Below, piece by piece: positions 15,001 to 26,584 of a DNA stretch of 64,000 nucleotides (its first letter is position 1; each line of letters opens with the position of its first letter). Source of the stretch: Eledone cirrhosa (lineage: Eukaryota); NCBI GenBank assembly GCA_964016885.1, contig OZ024740.1, positions 41,602,001 to 41,666,000 of the forward strand. The letters run 5' to 3'. The position numbers and the translations under genes are program-made. The notes beneath the pieces are model-generated. The model was given only the letters and a program-made list of their open reading frames with translations, was not told where the DNA came from and did not search any database.

Positions 15001-17360
15001 CAGATATAACTCCATGTTTCAGATATAACTCCATGTTTCAGATATAACTCCATGTTTCAGATATAACTCCATGTTTCAGTTATAACTCCATGTTTGAGAT
15101 ATAACTCCATGTTTCAGATATAACTCTATCTTTCAGACATAACTCCATGTTTCAGATATAACACCATGTTTCAGATATAACTCCCTGTTTCAGATATAAC
15201 TCCATGTTTCAGATATAACTCCATGTTTCAGATATAACTCCATCTTTCAGATATAACTCCCTGTTTCAGATATAACTCCATCTTTCAGATATAACTCTAT
15301 CTTTCAGATATAACTCCATGTTTTCAGATATAACTCCATGTTTCAGATATAACTCCATGTTTCAGATATAACTCCTTGTTTTCAGATATAACTCCATATT
15401 TCAGATATAACTCCATCTTTCATATATAACTACCTGTTTCAGATATAACTCCATGTTTCAGATATAACTCCCTGTTTCAGATATAACTCCATGTTTCAGA
15501 TATAACTCCCTGTTTCAGATATAACTCCATGTTTCAGATATAACTCCATCTTTCAGATATAACTCCATCTTTCAGATATAACTCCATGTTTCAGATATAA
15601 CTCCATCTTTCAGATATAACTCCCTGTTTCAGATATAACTCAATGTTTCAGATATAACTCCCTGTTTCAGATATAACTCCATGTTTCAGATATAACTCCA
15701 TGTTTCAGATATAACTCCATCTTTCAGATATAACTCCATGTTTCAGATATAACTCCATCTTTCAGATATAACTCCCTGTTTCAGATATAACTCCATGTTT
15801 CAGATATAATTCCATGTTTCAGATATAACTCCATCTTTCAGATATAACTCCCTGTCTCAGATATAACTCCATGTTTCATATACAACTCCATGTTTCAGAT
15901 ATAACTCCATCTTTCAGATATAACTCTATCTTTCAGATATAACTCCATGTTTTCAGATATAACTCCATGTTTCAGATATAACTCCATGTTTCAGATATAA
16001 CTCCATGTTTTCAGATATAACTCCATATTTTAGATATAACTCCATCTTTCATATATAACTCCATGTTTCAGATATAACTCCATGTTTCAGATATAACTCC
16101 CTGTTTCAGATATAACTCCATGTATCAGATATAACTCCATGTTTCAGATATAACTCCATCTTTCAGATATAACTCCATGTTTCAGATATAACTCCATGTT
16201 TCAGATATAACTCCATGTTTCAGATATAACTCCATGTTTCAGTTATAACTCCATGTTTGAGATATAACTCCATGTTTCAGATATAACTCTATCTTTCAGA
16301 CATAACTCCATGTTTCAGATATAACACCATGTTTCAGATATAACTCCCTGTTTCAGATATAACTCCATGTTTCAGATATAACTCCATGTTTCAGATATAA
16401 CTCCATCTTTCAGATATAACTCCCTGTTTCAGATATAACTCCATCTTTCAGATATAACTCTATCTTTCAGATATAACTCCATGTTTTCAGATATAACTCC
16501 ATGTTTCAGATATAACTCCATGTTTCAGATATAACTCCTTGTTTTCAGATATAACTCCATATTTCAGATATAACTCCATCTTTCATATATAACTACCTGT
16601 TTCAGATATAACTCCATGTTTCAGATATAACTCCATGTTTCAGACATAACTCCATGTTTCAGATATATCTCCATCTTTCAGATATAACTCCATGTTTCAG
16701 ATATAACTCCATATTCTAGATATAACTCCATGTTTCAGATATAACTCCATGTTTCAGATATAACTCCATCTTTCAGATATAACTCCATGTTTTCAGATAT
16801 AACTCCATGTTTCAGATACAACTCCATGTTTCAGATATAACTCCATCTTTCAGATATAACTCAACCTTTCAGATATAACTCCATATTTCAGATATAACTC
16901 CATCTTTCATATATAACTCCATTTTTCAGATATAACTCCATCTTTCAGACATAACTCCCTGTTTCAGATATAACTCCATGTATCAGATATAACTCCATGT
17001 TTCAGATATAACTCCATCTTTCAGATATAACTCCATCTTTCAGATATAACTCCATGTTTCAGATATAACTCCATGTTTCAGATATAACTCCATGTTTCAG
17101 TTATAACTCCATGTTTGAGATATAACTCCATGTTTGAGATATAACTCCATGTTTCAGATATAACTCCATGTTTCAGATATAACTCCATGTTTCAGATATA
17201 ACTCCATCTTTCAGATATAACTCCATGTTTCAGATATAACTCCATGTTTCAGATATAACTCCATCTTTCAGATAACTCCCTGTTTTAGATATAACTCCAT
17301 ATTTCAGATATTACTCCATGTTTTAGATATAACTCCATCTTTCAGATATAACTCCATGTT
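1..17360. repeat. 19-bp tandem satellite array, consensus CAGATATAACTCCATGTTT, roughly 900 units, continuing off the left edge
   Basis: Directly visible periodicity. Common variants are CCATCTTT and CCCTGTTT, plus 20-bp GTTTT units. The array ends abruptly at ...ACTCCATGTT|AATAATTACG (17360). Confidence 0.99.
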
Positions 17361-17557
17361 AATAATTACGTTAATGCAAGGATCATTAACATTTTTTCAT
17401 AAGAAATAATTACACGATGAAGAAAAGCCAATATCAATCAATGACACATGATTGTAATCAAAGGAATTATCTTAAGAAACAGCAACAGTCAAAAGACGGA
17501 AATACTAACTTATTTCACACTGGAAAGAAGAAAAGGGGAATACTTTGGTCATGTTTT

Positions 17558-17588
17558 TATGTTTCGGACTCTTAGTTCTTCATCAAAG
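17558..17588 (-). ncRNA. Degenerate hammerhead-like motif in a PLE-type relic at the satellite edge
   Basis: Minus strand reads TTGATGA-AGAAC-TAAGA-GTCC-GAAACATA. The core C is mutated and stem II is imperfect. Confidence 0.35.
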
Positions 17589-17694
17589 ATAAGAAGAGAG
17601 AAGGAAAAAAGTTCCACGAGATGAGGTTCATGTTCAAATAGTATGGGCTCATCCTTTTCTCAGATTAACTTATACCGATTACAATAAATCTACG

Positions 17695-18200
17695 ATTGAC
17701 AGTATCGGTAGAGCGTCAGACACCATGCTTTGCAACATAGAGTTATGACCCTTTACGTTCTGAGTTCAAATCCCGCCAAGGTTAATTTTGCCTTTCATCC
17801 TTACGGGTCGATAAAATAAAGTACCAGTAATGCACTGGGTAATTGCTAGCCTTGTGCCAAAAGTAGAAACAATTATCATTATTATTAGGGTGGTGGAGTG
17901 CCAGTGAAGGTAGAGCGCTAGACACCATGCTTTGCCACATAGAGTTATGGCTCTTTACGTTTCGAGTTCAAATCCCACCGAGGTTAACTTTGCCTTTCAT
18001 TCTTACAGAGTCGATAAAATAAATTAACAGTAATGCACTGGGGTAGATTCAATCGACTTCCCCTAAAAAATGGTTGGCCTTGTGCCTAAATCAGAAACCA
18101 GGCAGTATCGGTAGAGGGTCGGACGCCATGCTTAACCGCAAAGAGTTACGGCTTTTATGGTCTGAGTTCAAATCCCGCCGAGGTTAACTTTGCCTTTTCT
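17695..18200 (+). mobile_element. Three head-to-tail tRNA-derived SINE copies (about 17695-17886, 17888-18100, and a truncated one at 18101-18200)
   Basis: Each has a B-box GAGTTCAAATCC followed by GGTTAACTTTGCCTTTCATCCTTACGGGGTCGATAAAATAAAGTACCAG. The same family recurs nine or more times in the window. Confidence 0.85.
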
Positions 18201-18202
18201 AC

Positions 18203-21150
18203 TACGACAACTATGTCAGGCTTTCTAGCCATGATAAAATGCTCGCACTGGATGTTAATGTCTCACACGATCTTATACCGCTCGTTTTCAGCCACCCTTT
18301 CCGGTTGGTATTCACACCATTTCTCACTTCTGCTCATGTCATACCACTGAACCACTCTGGCAATGCTGTTGTACCTTCTCTTGTACTTTTTCTGAGAAAG
18401 CTACATTCACTTATAATGTGGTTTGTTGTTTCAGTTTTCTCACCACACAGCTTATGGAGTGGGGAATTCACTGACTTGTCAATATTGAATTTCATATATT
18501 TCGTTCTCAGTGCCTGTTCCTGGGCTGCGAAAATAAGGGCTTCAGTTTCAACTTTTAAGTCGCTTTTCCTGGTCTATTTCCAGTTCTTATCTTTGTCAAC
18601 TGTCTCAGGCATTTTTTCCCTTCTATTTATTCAATGTCTCATTCTGTCTGTCTTGTTTAAATTCTCCCTTTTCCTTTGCTCTATCACTGTTTAGGACTTT
18701 TATCTTTCTTACTGCTGCCATCAACCTCTCCTTTGAATTCTTCACACACTCCGACATTACACACATTTCACAGCTAATGAGACCTCTTCCTTCACTCTTT
18801 CATGATAGATACATGTCACTTTTTGGGTGTAAAGCCCCTCGTAGTGTCAATTTCCTTAATTTAATCACATCTCCACTCTATCACACCAGCTCTGCACTTT
18901 AGAACTACAACAGCCGTGTGTTGATGGCCAGTATTTTATTCCTACCACTTAACTTCATCTTTAACACCAATTTCAGTCTCTCTTTATATTCCTTTGATAA
19001 TAGCTCTTTCATTTCCTTCTCTTTCATCTGGTCTGTTTCCAGGAAGCCTAAGAATTCATTACCCGTTGTCATCAATTTCCTTCATAACTTGTCCATCTGG
19101 TAATTCAATTCCTTCGATCTTCTCGATTCTACTTCACTTCAGTAGTATCATCCCACACTTTTTAATGCCAAATTGCAAATTCCATATTCGTACTAAATGT
19201 ATAAACTGTCCTATCTTCATAGGATTTCCTATAAAGTTTTAGGTCTTCCTTGAACAGCATGTGGTTTATCTTAAACTCACGTCCTCCGCACTCTTAACCA
19301 GCCTTTGACATTCTAAACACCAATGAAAGTGGAACCATACACAATTCAAACAGCAAAAGCGAAAATCTATTTCTCTAAAATATTCCTCTCTCGATCTTCA
19401 CAACTTCCAATGTTTGTCTACATGATGTCAGCACAGTCTTCCAACCATCCATACTGCTCACCAAAAACTGTCTAACATTAGCTACAATACCAAACATTTC
19501 CAAACATTCTACTATCCAGCTATGTGGCACAATGTCATAAGCCCTGCGGTAATCGATTCAGGTCATGGTAAGGTTTGTGTGTCCCCTTTTACAATCTTTA
19601 AGGATCACCTTATCAATCAACAATTGATCCTTAGTCCCCTGCTTCTTCTTTTACATCACTTCTGCTCGTCAGGTAATATCTCCTCCAGGTATTCATACAT
19701 TGCCTCAGCAATGACACCTGTAATACGCTTCAACATAAGAGATAGGTCTAAAGTTGTCAACTGCATTTCCTTTGCTGGGGTCCTTCAAACACGAGATCGT
19801 TCCTCCAAAGGTTAGCCAAAGGCAGCCCAAAGGCATCATCTCTTCTCCATTCAATATCTTATTCAGATGCTTAGCAATACCTCCATGAAGAGCCCTTGCA
19901 CACCGTCTCTGCCGGAAGCTTCTGATTTGGTATCTTTCTACACTGGATAGTTACCACATCAGTTATCTCCAATTCTTCCTGTTGATTAACCCCAATGCCA
20001 TCTTTGATTTCCTACACTCCAGATATCACTCCAAAACCTCTTACTTTCATCCGCGTCAGAGATTACATCATTCTTAACCATGCCATCTATCTCCTGATAG
20101 AATCTCTTCGGATTTTGTTGGAAACATACATTCTGTTTATACTGTGTGATCCGTTGTTTAATATTTGCAGCTTTGGTAAGTACATTTTGTTTCAGCTCCT
20201 TGATAACCGAAGTAATCTTTTTTCTCATGATATTGTACTTTCCTGTTATTCAATCTTTCCCTGTTTTTTTTAATTCACCTCATGTTTTCCTTTCCAGAAT
20301 ATTGAAATATTTCGGAAGCATTTTGATGTCCCCTTCAATTCTCCATTTCCACCATGATTCCTTGAGCTTTTGTGAAGTGTTTCAGACCTAACTCTTTAGC
20401 TATGATGAGTTTTCATACTCTCTCCTCTATTTGAATCTCCAACTTTCTGAGCGTCTGTACCCACCACATCCTCTTGGCTTATATTTTTCTTTATCATTTC
20501 AATCTCAGATAGCTACCAATTTTTGCGTATTGCCCCTTCCTGATCACAAATCCTCTGTTCAGTTAATTCAAAGAGCCCTATCTCCTGCCATACTCGTAAC
20601 ATCCTTTGTCTAAATACTCTAATAGGCGCACCATTTTCATTCAAAGGCCTGCTTCTAAAATAACACTCCACAACAGACTTATTTACCTCAATACTCCATT
20701 TCATTCTAGTAGTGTCATGATGACGACTGGACCTGCTTTGCTCAACCACGGGACCACTGCCGGACGAGGCCCCTTCATTAGAAGTTACATCACTATTCAC
20801 ATCTTTGCGTAAACAGATGTTTTGATTGATTTCACTAATTGAGGTTAGTGGTTGTAAGGTTTCACCACGACCGGTGTTTTTTAGACACCATCTCTAGAGG
20901 ATGATTTAAACGGCTTTAAGGGACCTAAAACCTTAAAACTGAAGTGAGCTATCCTGCACCAATCCGGTATTTTATAACCTGCAGCTGGAGATTTTAAAAT
21001 TTATAAGATGGCTGTTGACTCCGCCGAGTTACTTTTTCCTTTGACGGGTTTTGTTTTTCATCCCGCAGTGTGTCTAAAATTCATCCTCCTCACCAAGCAA
21101 GCTTGGTCGAGTTGCCAGTTTAGTCCCCCGATGACTCGAACATGCGCAAC
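18203..21150 (-). mobile_element. Decayed R4/Dong-like (RLE-type) non-LTR retrotransposon
   Basis: N-terminal block [35 protein letters not shown] (20513-20800) matches the 61876 element. Degenerate RT motifs RGIF*RNRFSLLLF (about 19350-19390) and NHMLFKEDLKLY (about 19230-19280). RLE motif ARKPDIVVV at about 18205-18235. Many stops and frameshifts. Confidence 0.85.
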
Positions 21151-21152
21151 TA

Positions 21153-21350
21153 TTTCTATCACTTTGAAATAAATGTATTTTTACCTTCTTCTCAACAACT
21201 ATACAGTCAGTTATGAAATAACGTTTGTTTATTAACTTCAATGTTTTCATTTCTTTAAAACATTTGTCTCACTTTGAGATAAATGTTTCTTTAACTTCTC
21301 AACAACAACACAGCCAGTTATGAAATAACGCTTGTTTATTAACTTCAATC
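21153..21350. repeat. Short diverged tandem duplication (about 110-bp period)
   Basis: CACTTTGA.ATAAATGT...CAGTTATGAAATAACG.TTGTTTATTAACTTCAAT occurs at about 21160 and about 21270. Confidence 0.75.
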
Positions 21351-21437
21351 CTTTCAAAGTGACAGTAAATAATGCTACAGTCCACTATCGAAATAACGTT
21401 TCTTTAAAACATTTGTATCACTTTTAAATATATTATT

Positions 21438-21822
21438 ACTAGGAGAAAACCACCCTTCAGGTGGTTTTCTGCTAGCATGTGTAGTGTGCATATTGATATT
21501 ATACGCAAATATATATGCATGTAGATATGATACATCAAATAACATCGTAATTGACAATATACACATAAATTGAAGAGAATCTGTGTTACACCCTCTTCTG
21601 TAATCAGTAAAGTAATCCATGATACATTTAAAAAAGACGATATTATATATAAACTGCATTAGGAGAAAATTAGCGACGGAAATATATGCGATGGTCTTTA
21701 TAAGTGTTATAATATAACGGGCGCTAACCGGAAGTGTTGACATTTGAACATTTTAAAGAAGTGAAGTTTTAAATAAGCAATAAAATTATTTATATTTAAT
21801 GAAGTGTTACGAAATTTAGTAC
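21438..21822 (-). mobile_element. Dispersed non-autonomous repeat, possibly Helitron-like (copy 1)
   Basis: Reverse-complement match to 37872-38278. The minus-strand end is an 11-bp hairpin AGAAAACCACC/GGTGGTTTTCT (21444-21470) followed by CTAG|T, as in Helitron 3' ends. Confidence 0.5.
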
Positions 21823-21848
21823 ATAAATTTTGTAATATTCATTCATTA

Positions 21849-22025
21849 TTATCGGTAGAGGGTCGGACGCCATGCTTTCCAGCATAGTTACGTCCCTTTA
21901 CGATCTGAGTTCAAATCCCGCCGAGGTTGACTTTGCCTTTCATCCTTACGGGGTCGATAAAATAAAGTACCAGTAATGCACTGGGTAATTGCTGGCCTTG
22001 TGCCTAAAGTAGAAACAATTATTTA
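21849..22025 (+). mobile_element. SINE, same family as 17695 (short variant)
   Basis: TATCGGTAGAGGGTCGGACGCC...GAGTTCAAATCCCGCCGAGG...GGGGTCGATAAAATAAAGTACCAG...GGCCTTGTGCC. Confidence 0.85.
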
Positions 22026-22599
22026 TTCAAAGTAATCCAATTTTCTTTACAAAGGGGACAAAAAGATATATTCTGGACGCAGTCCCGCACTCCTTTCTTT
22101 ATTATAGTTAAGATTATCGCTCTGTAACACAGTACCGATGGATAATACACCGGGGCATTTAGTCACCTGTCAAGTCGCAACAAGTCACCTGTCAAGTCTC
22201 GCAAAGGACATTTCTTTTGTTGGTTTGCCTTCCTTTATTTGTTCTGTATGGTGACACTCATATTTTCTTTATACTGAATCTAAATCTCTTAGGAATTAAC
22301 TTTATATTTCATCATTAGTGGTCGACAAAATAAGTAGCAGTCATATATTCGGGTTAAATTCATAGACTATACCTTCACCAACTCTTTCTAAATCTGGCCT
22401 CTTATCTATAAGTTAAAAATCTACATTAGTTCCGTTTGTCTTTGAACTAGTAGTTATATTATAAGGCTTATAACATCTATTGATCAGCAATCGATACGAA
22501 ATTGAAACTGGTGTGTAGAACTAATAGAAAGAAAATCACTAGATGTCTCTATTAGTCGATGTTGGAATCATAGGAGGATTGTGGTCTCCCACAGGATTA

Positions 22600-22890
22600 A
22601 AAATAACAGCGTTCGAAACGAGATCACAACAGGGGTAATCGAGACAAGATCATTAGCTGATGCTCGTTCCATAGTGTCCCAGTGGGTTAGAAATATCCGA
22701 ACACCGATCCTATATTCAAGAAGAGCAATAGATTTGAATACAAGAACTATCGAAAGATTTATCCACTTGCTGTTGTCTGGGAGATTCTCAGGAACGTATT
22801 GCTCAACAAACAGACAAAAGTTCAATCTGAAACTCAATATAAGTTCAGAAGGAGAAGACACGTCATATATATCATATGCTGCACTTGTTT
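22600..22890 (+). pseudogene. Highly decayed LINE RT fragment (RTE/CR1-like)
   Basis: A frame not in the ORF track reads PIFKKSNRFEYKNYRKIYPLAVVWEILRNVLLNK..SETQYKFRRRR. This resembles the LINE RT consensus PIFKKGDR..C.NYR.ISLL...KI...LLNRL..E.Q.GFR. Confidence 0.55.
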
Positions 22891-23403
22891 AACTTCGAAG
22901 GCATTGAAATATTAAAGATAGGTGAGGCCTGTGGTAGGTTTGGCTTCCAGGAAAAGTGAGTTGGTATGATAGAGTCACTATATATTGGCAAGGCCAGAGA
23001 CATCATTATCATAAAAAAGTCACGTTCTCTAGCATGAGTGAAATATTGGTACAGCGAAACCTTGGCAGGCTTGGGTATATCCCATCTATGATTTATATCG
23101 ATTTCGTTGATAAATAATTAGTTATGAATTTTAGTTTTGTGAAAGATGTCCCTAACATTGTTAGGATCGTGAGGTGACTTGGTCCTGTAGTTCTGCATGT
23201 TAGAGAGCGTTCTCCCGCATTGTCTAGGCATATATTATTGAGGTAGTGATGGTATACGTTACTGATATTTATGCTTATATATATCATATATATATAAATA
23301 TATATAGTTTTCCAAGAGATTTCAACATGAATGGACCTGTTATTTTTTATCTAAAGACATTTTTTCCAATTATACCCTTCAATCTATCTTATTTCTCAGT
23401 CTT

Positions 23404-23439
23404 TCTTCTGATGAAGGACTGGCATCCGAAACGTTAAGA
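23404..23439 (+). ncRNA. Minimal type-I hammerhead ribozyme in a PLE 3'-end relic (about 23305-23525)
   Basis: TCTT-CTGATGA-A-GGA-CTGGCA-TCC-GAAAC-GT-T-AAGA. Stem I TCTT/AAGA, palindromic stem III AACGTT. Followed by (CA)n/(TA)n. Confidence 0.7.
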
Positions 23440-23542
23440 CCCTCTTCCTGCTATTTCAAGCGTTAACCTAACATATTACTTCCATATACTGTACCGATTG
23501 TGTTGTTATTTCTGTTTACCTTTTACACACACACACACACAC

Positions 23543-23617
<75 letters not shown>

Positions 23618-24096
23618 TGTATACAGAGTCCCCTCCAAAATGTATACACAAATAATCTTTAAAAAATGCATTAAAATAAATTCTGTTTTATATGCATTAT
23701 TTAAATTATGTAAACATTTTTGGGTGTTTACATACAATTGAGTTATGTCTGTACATAATTTTATTTTTGGGAAAGGCTGTGCATTCTAATAAATATTACC
23801 TGTACAGGCAATCAAAAGTATATATACATCTTTTTGGGATACCTTGTATATATTCTTAGAAAAGGTAGAAATCTCAAACGCAGAAAATAACAATAACCAC
23901 AGTCGATTGCTATGAAATCATAGGTTAGAAAATTGTGTGGCTACTAGCCAATTTCCCCCGTCTGTAGGGGGTGCATCTCCCTTGCCATCCTCCAAGGAAA
24001 GGCCGGGGCTGTAGGGAGGGGGGGGGGGGGGCATCGCGTATCATTCCATATTTAAGTATGGTCAATGAAGAATATCTTGCCCGAGTTCCTAAGCTA

Positions 24097-24728
24097 TTGA
24101 GCGATCGATTGCCAGTATCAGTAGAGGGTCGGACGCCAAGCCTAGTAGCATAGAGTTACGGCCCTTTATGATCTGAGTTCAAATCCCGCCGAGGTTAACT
24201 TTGCCTCTCATGCTTACGGGGTCGATAAAATAAAGCACCAGTAATGCACTGGAGTCGATTTAATTGAGTTTCCCCTCCCCTTAAAAAAATTCCTTGCCTT
24301 GAACCTATATAAGAAACCATGGATTGGCAGTATCGGTAAGGGTCGGACGCCATGCTTTGAAGCATAGAGTTACCTCCCTTTATGATCTGAGTTCAAATCC
24401 CGCCGAGGTTAACTTTGCCTTTCATCCTTACGGGGTCGATAAAATAAAGTACCAGTAATGCACTGGAATAATTGCTGGCCTTGTGCCAAAAGTAGAAACA
24501 ATTATTTTAAAGGCGATCAATTGGCAGTATCAGTAGAGCGTCGGACAGCATGCTTTGCAGCTTAGAGTTACAGCCCTTTATGATCTGAGTTCAAATCCCA
24601 CCGAGGTTAACTTTGCCTTTCATTCTAACGGGGTCGATAAAATAAAGTACCAGTAACACACTCGATTCGATTTAATCGACTTCTCCCTCCCCCAAAATTG
24701 CTGGCCTTGTGCCTATATAATGAACCGT
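24097..24728 (+). mobile_element. Three head-to-tail SINE copies (long, short, long variants)
   Basis: Three B-boxes GAGTTCAAATCC at about 24175, 24389 and 24587, each followed by the same central domain. Confidence 0.88.
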
Positions 24729-25342
24729 TATATATAGCAATTGACTATGGTTATTGTTATATATAGCAATTGACTATGGTTATTGTTATATATAGCAATT
24801 GACTATGGTTATTGTTATATATAGCAATTGACTATGGTTATTGTTATATATAGCAATTGACTATGGTTATTGTTATATATAGCAATTGACTATGGTTATT
24901 GTTATATATAGCAATTGACTATGGTTATTGTTATATATAGCAATTGACTATGGTTATTGTTATATATAGCAATTGACTATGGTTATTGTTATTTATAGCA
25001 ATTGACTATGGTTATTGTTATTTATAGCAATTGACTATGGTTATTGTTATTTATAGCAATTGACTATGGTTATTGTTATATATAGCAATTGACTATGGTT
25101 ATTGTTATTTATAGCAATTGACTATGGTTATTGTTATATATAGCAATTGACTATGGTTATTGTTATTTATAGCAATTGACTATGGTTATTGTTATATATA
25201 GCAATTGACTATGGTTATTGTTATTTATAACAATTGACTATGGTTATTGTTATATATAGCAATTGACTATGGCTATTGTTATTTATAGCAATTGACTATG
25301 GTTATTGTTATTTATAGCAATTGACTATGGTTATTGTTATTT
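24727..25342. repeat. 29-bp minisatellite ATATATAGCAATTGACTATGGTTATTGTT, about 21 copies
   Basis: Period measured from GCAA at 24737 to 24766. An ATTTATAGC variant appears from about 24990. Confidence 0.97.
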
Positions 25343-25418
25343 CTTGCATTTCAGATTGCTACATTTTCTAAGAATTTCTATCTAATCAATGCTTCGATGT
25401 ATATTTTCGTAATGTTAT

Positions 25419-25656
<238 letters not shown>

Positions 25657-26156
25657 ACTTTATTTCACTGAATTCTATTGTATATAACATTACACAAACT
25701 TTAGTTACGCCTCATAACGTCGAAACTGAAGGCGGATATATATATGAATAAAAATAGACCAAGAGATAAAATGTCCTCATCAGTAGTCTGCTGATTATCG
25801 TTGGTATTTCGACGCATTAACGACTAGATACCTAAAATCAGTGCGAGCGATAACTCAATTAAGTTATCGGGACAATGGGAAAACAGAGGGAAGGAAACAA
25901 ACACATGGTAGTATGCAACGTCAAACCGGCTGCTCATACTGATGTTAAGGTATTGTTCTCAAAATAAATAATATCAAAATCTCATAGATTCGATATTATC
26001 TGAGATAATTTTATAAGGTGAAAATATAATAGTAAATATAGAGTAATGTAAATGATAAAGGGTTAACTCTTTCAATATATATATATATATATATATATAT
26101 CCGCCTTCAGTTTCGACGTTGAACTAAAGGCTACATATAAAATGTGAGGTTTCACC

Positions 26157-26219
<63 letters not shown>

Positions 26220-26227
<8 letters not shown>

Positions 26228-26538
26228 ATACTTGGGGAGGGTCATATTGTTGTAATACTTTTGCCAGAAATGATAATGTTGCAGATGTGCAGCGAAATAA
26301 CTTTGATAGACTATATATATATATTTATATCTGTATTTTTAACCGTTGGTCAATCAATGATAAACGTCGATTTCCAAATAAATTAACTATGGAGATATAT
26401 AAGATACAGAAGCGAAAACCAACCAAACAGTAAGTGTGTTCTGTTATTATTTCTGGCGATAGTATTACAACAATATGACCCTCCCCAAGTATAACAATAT
26501 TTGTTTCGACACACGATTTCATAACAAAAACTTTGCAA

Positions 26539-26543
<5 letters not shown>
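26220..26543 (+). mobile_element. Miniature fold-back insertion in (TA)n: inverted arms 26220-26277 / 26443-26500 plus a tail of about 43 bp
   Basis: ATTGTTATACTTGGGGAGGGTCATATTGTTGTAATACT is the reverse complement of AGTATTACAACAATATGACCCTCCCCAAGTATAACAAT. (TA)n flanks both sides. Confidence 0.7.

Positions 26544-26584
<41 letters not shown>

Noticed and set aside
1-17360. CRISPR array or repetitive coding sequence
   Set aside because: Units are contiguous with no unique spacers, there are no cas genes, and the ORF track shows no ORF here.
18239-18694. 151-aa hydrophobic ORF resembling a membrane protein
   Set aside because: Antisense shadow of the minus-strand R4/Dong-like element. The same applies to the plus-strand ORFs over the Tx1 elements.
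20990-21150. Possible ribozyme (HDV/twister-like) in the 5' UTR of the R4-like element
   Set aside because: Short stems (ACCAAG/CTTGGT, CGGG/CCCG) exist, but I could not assemble the required pseudoknots by eye.
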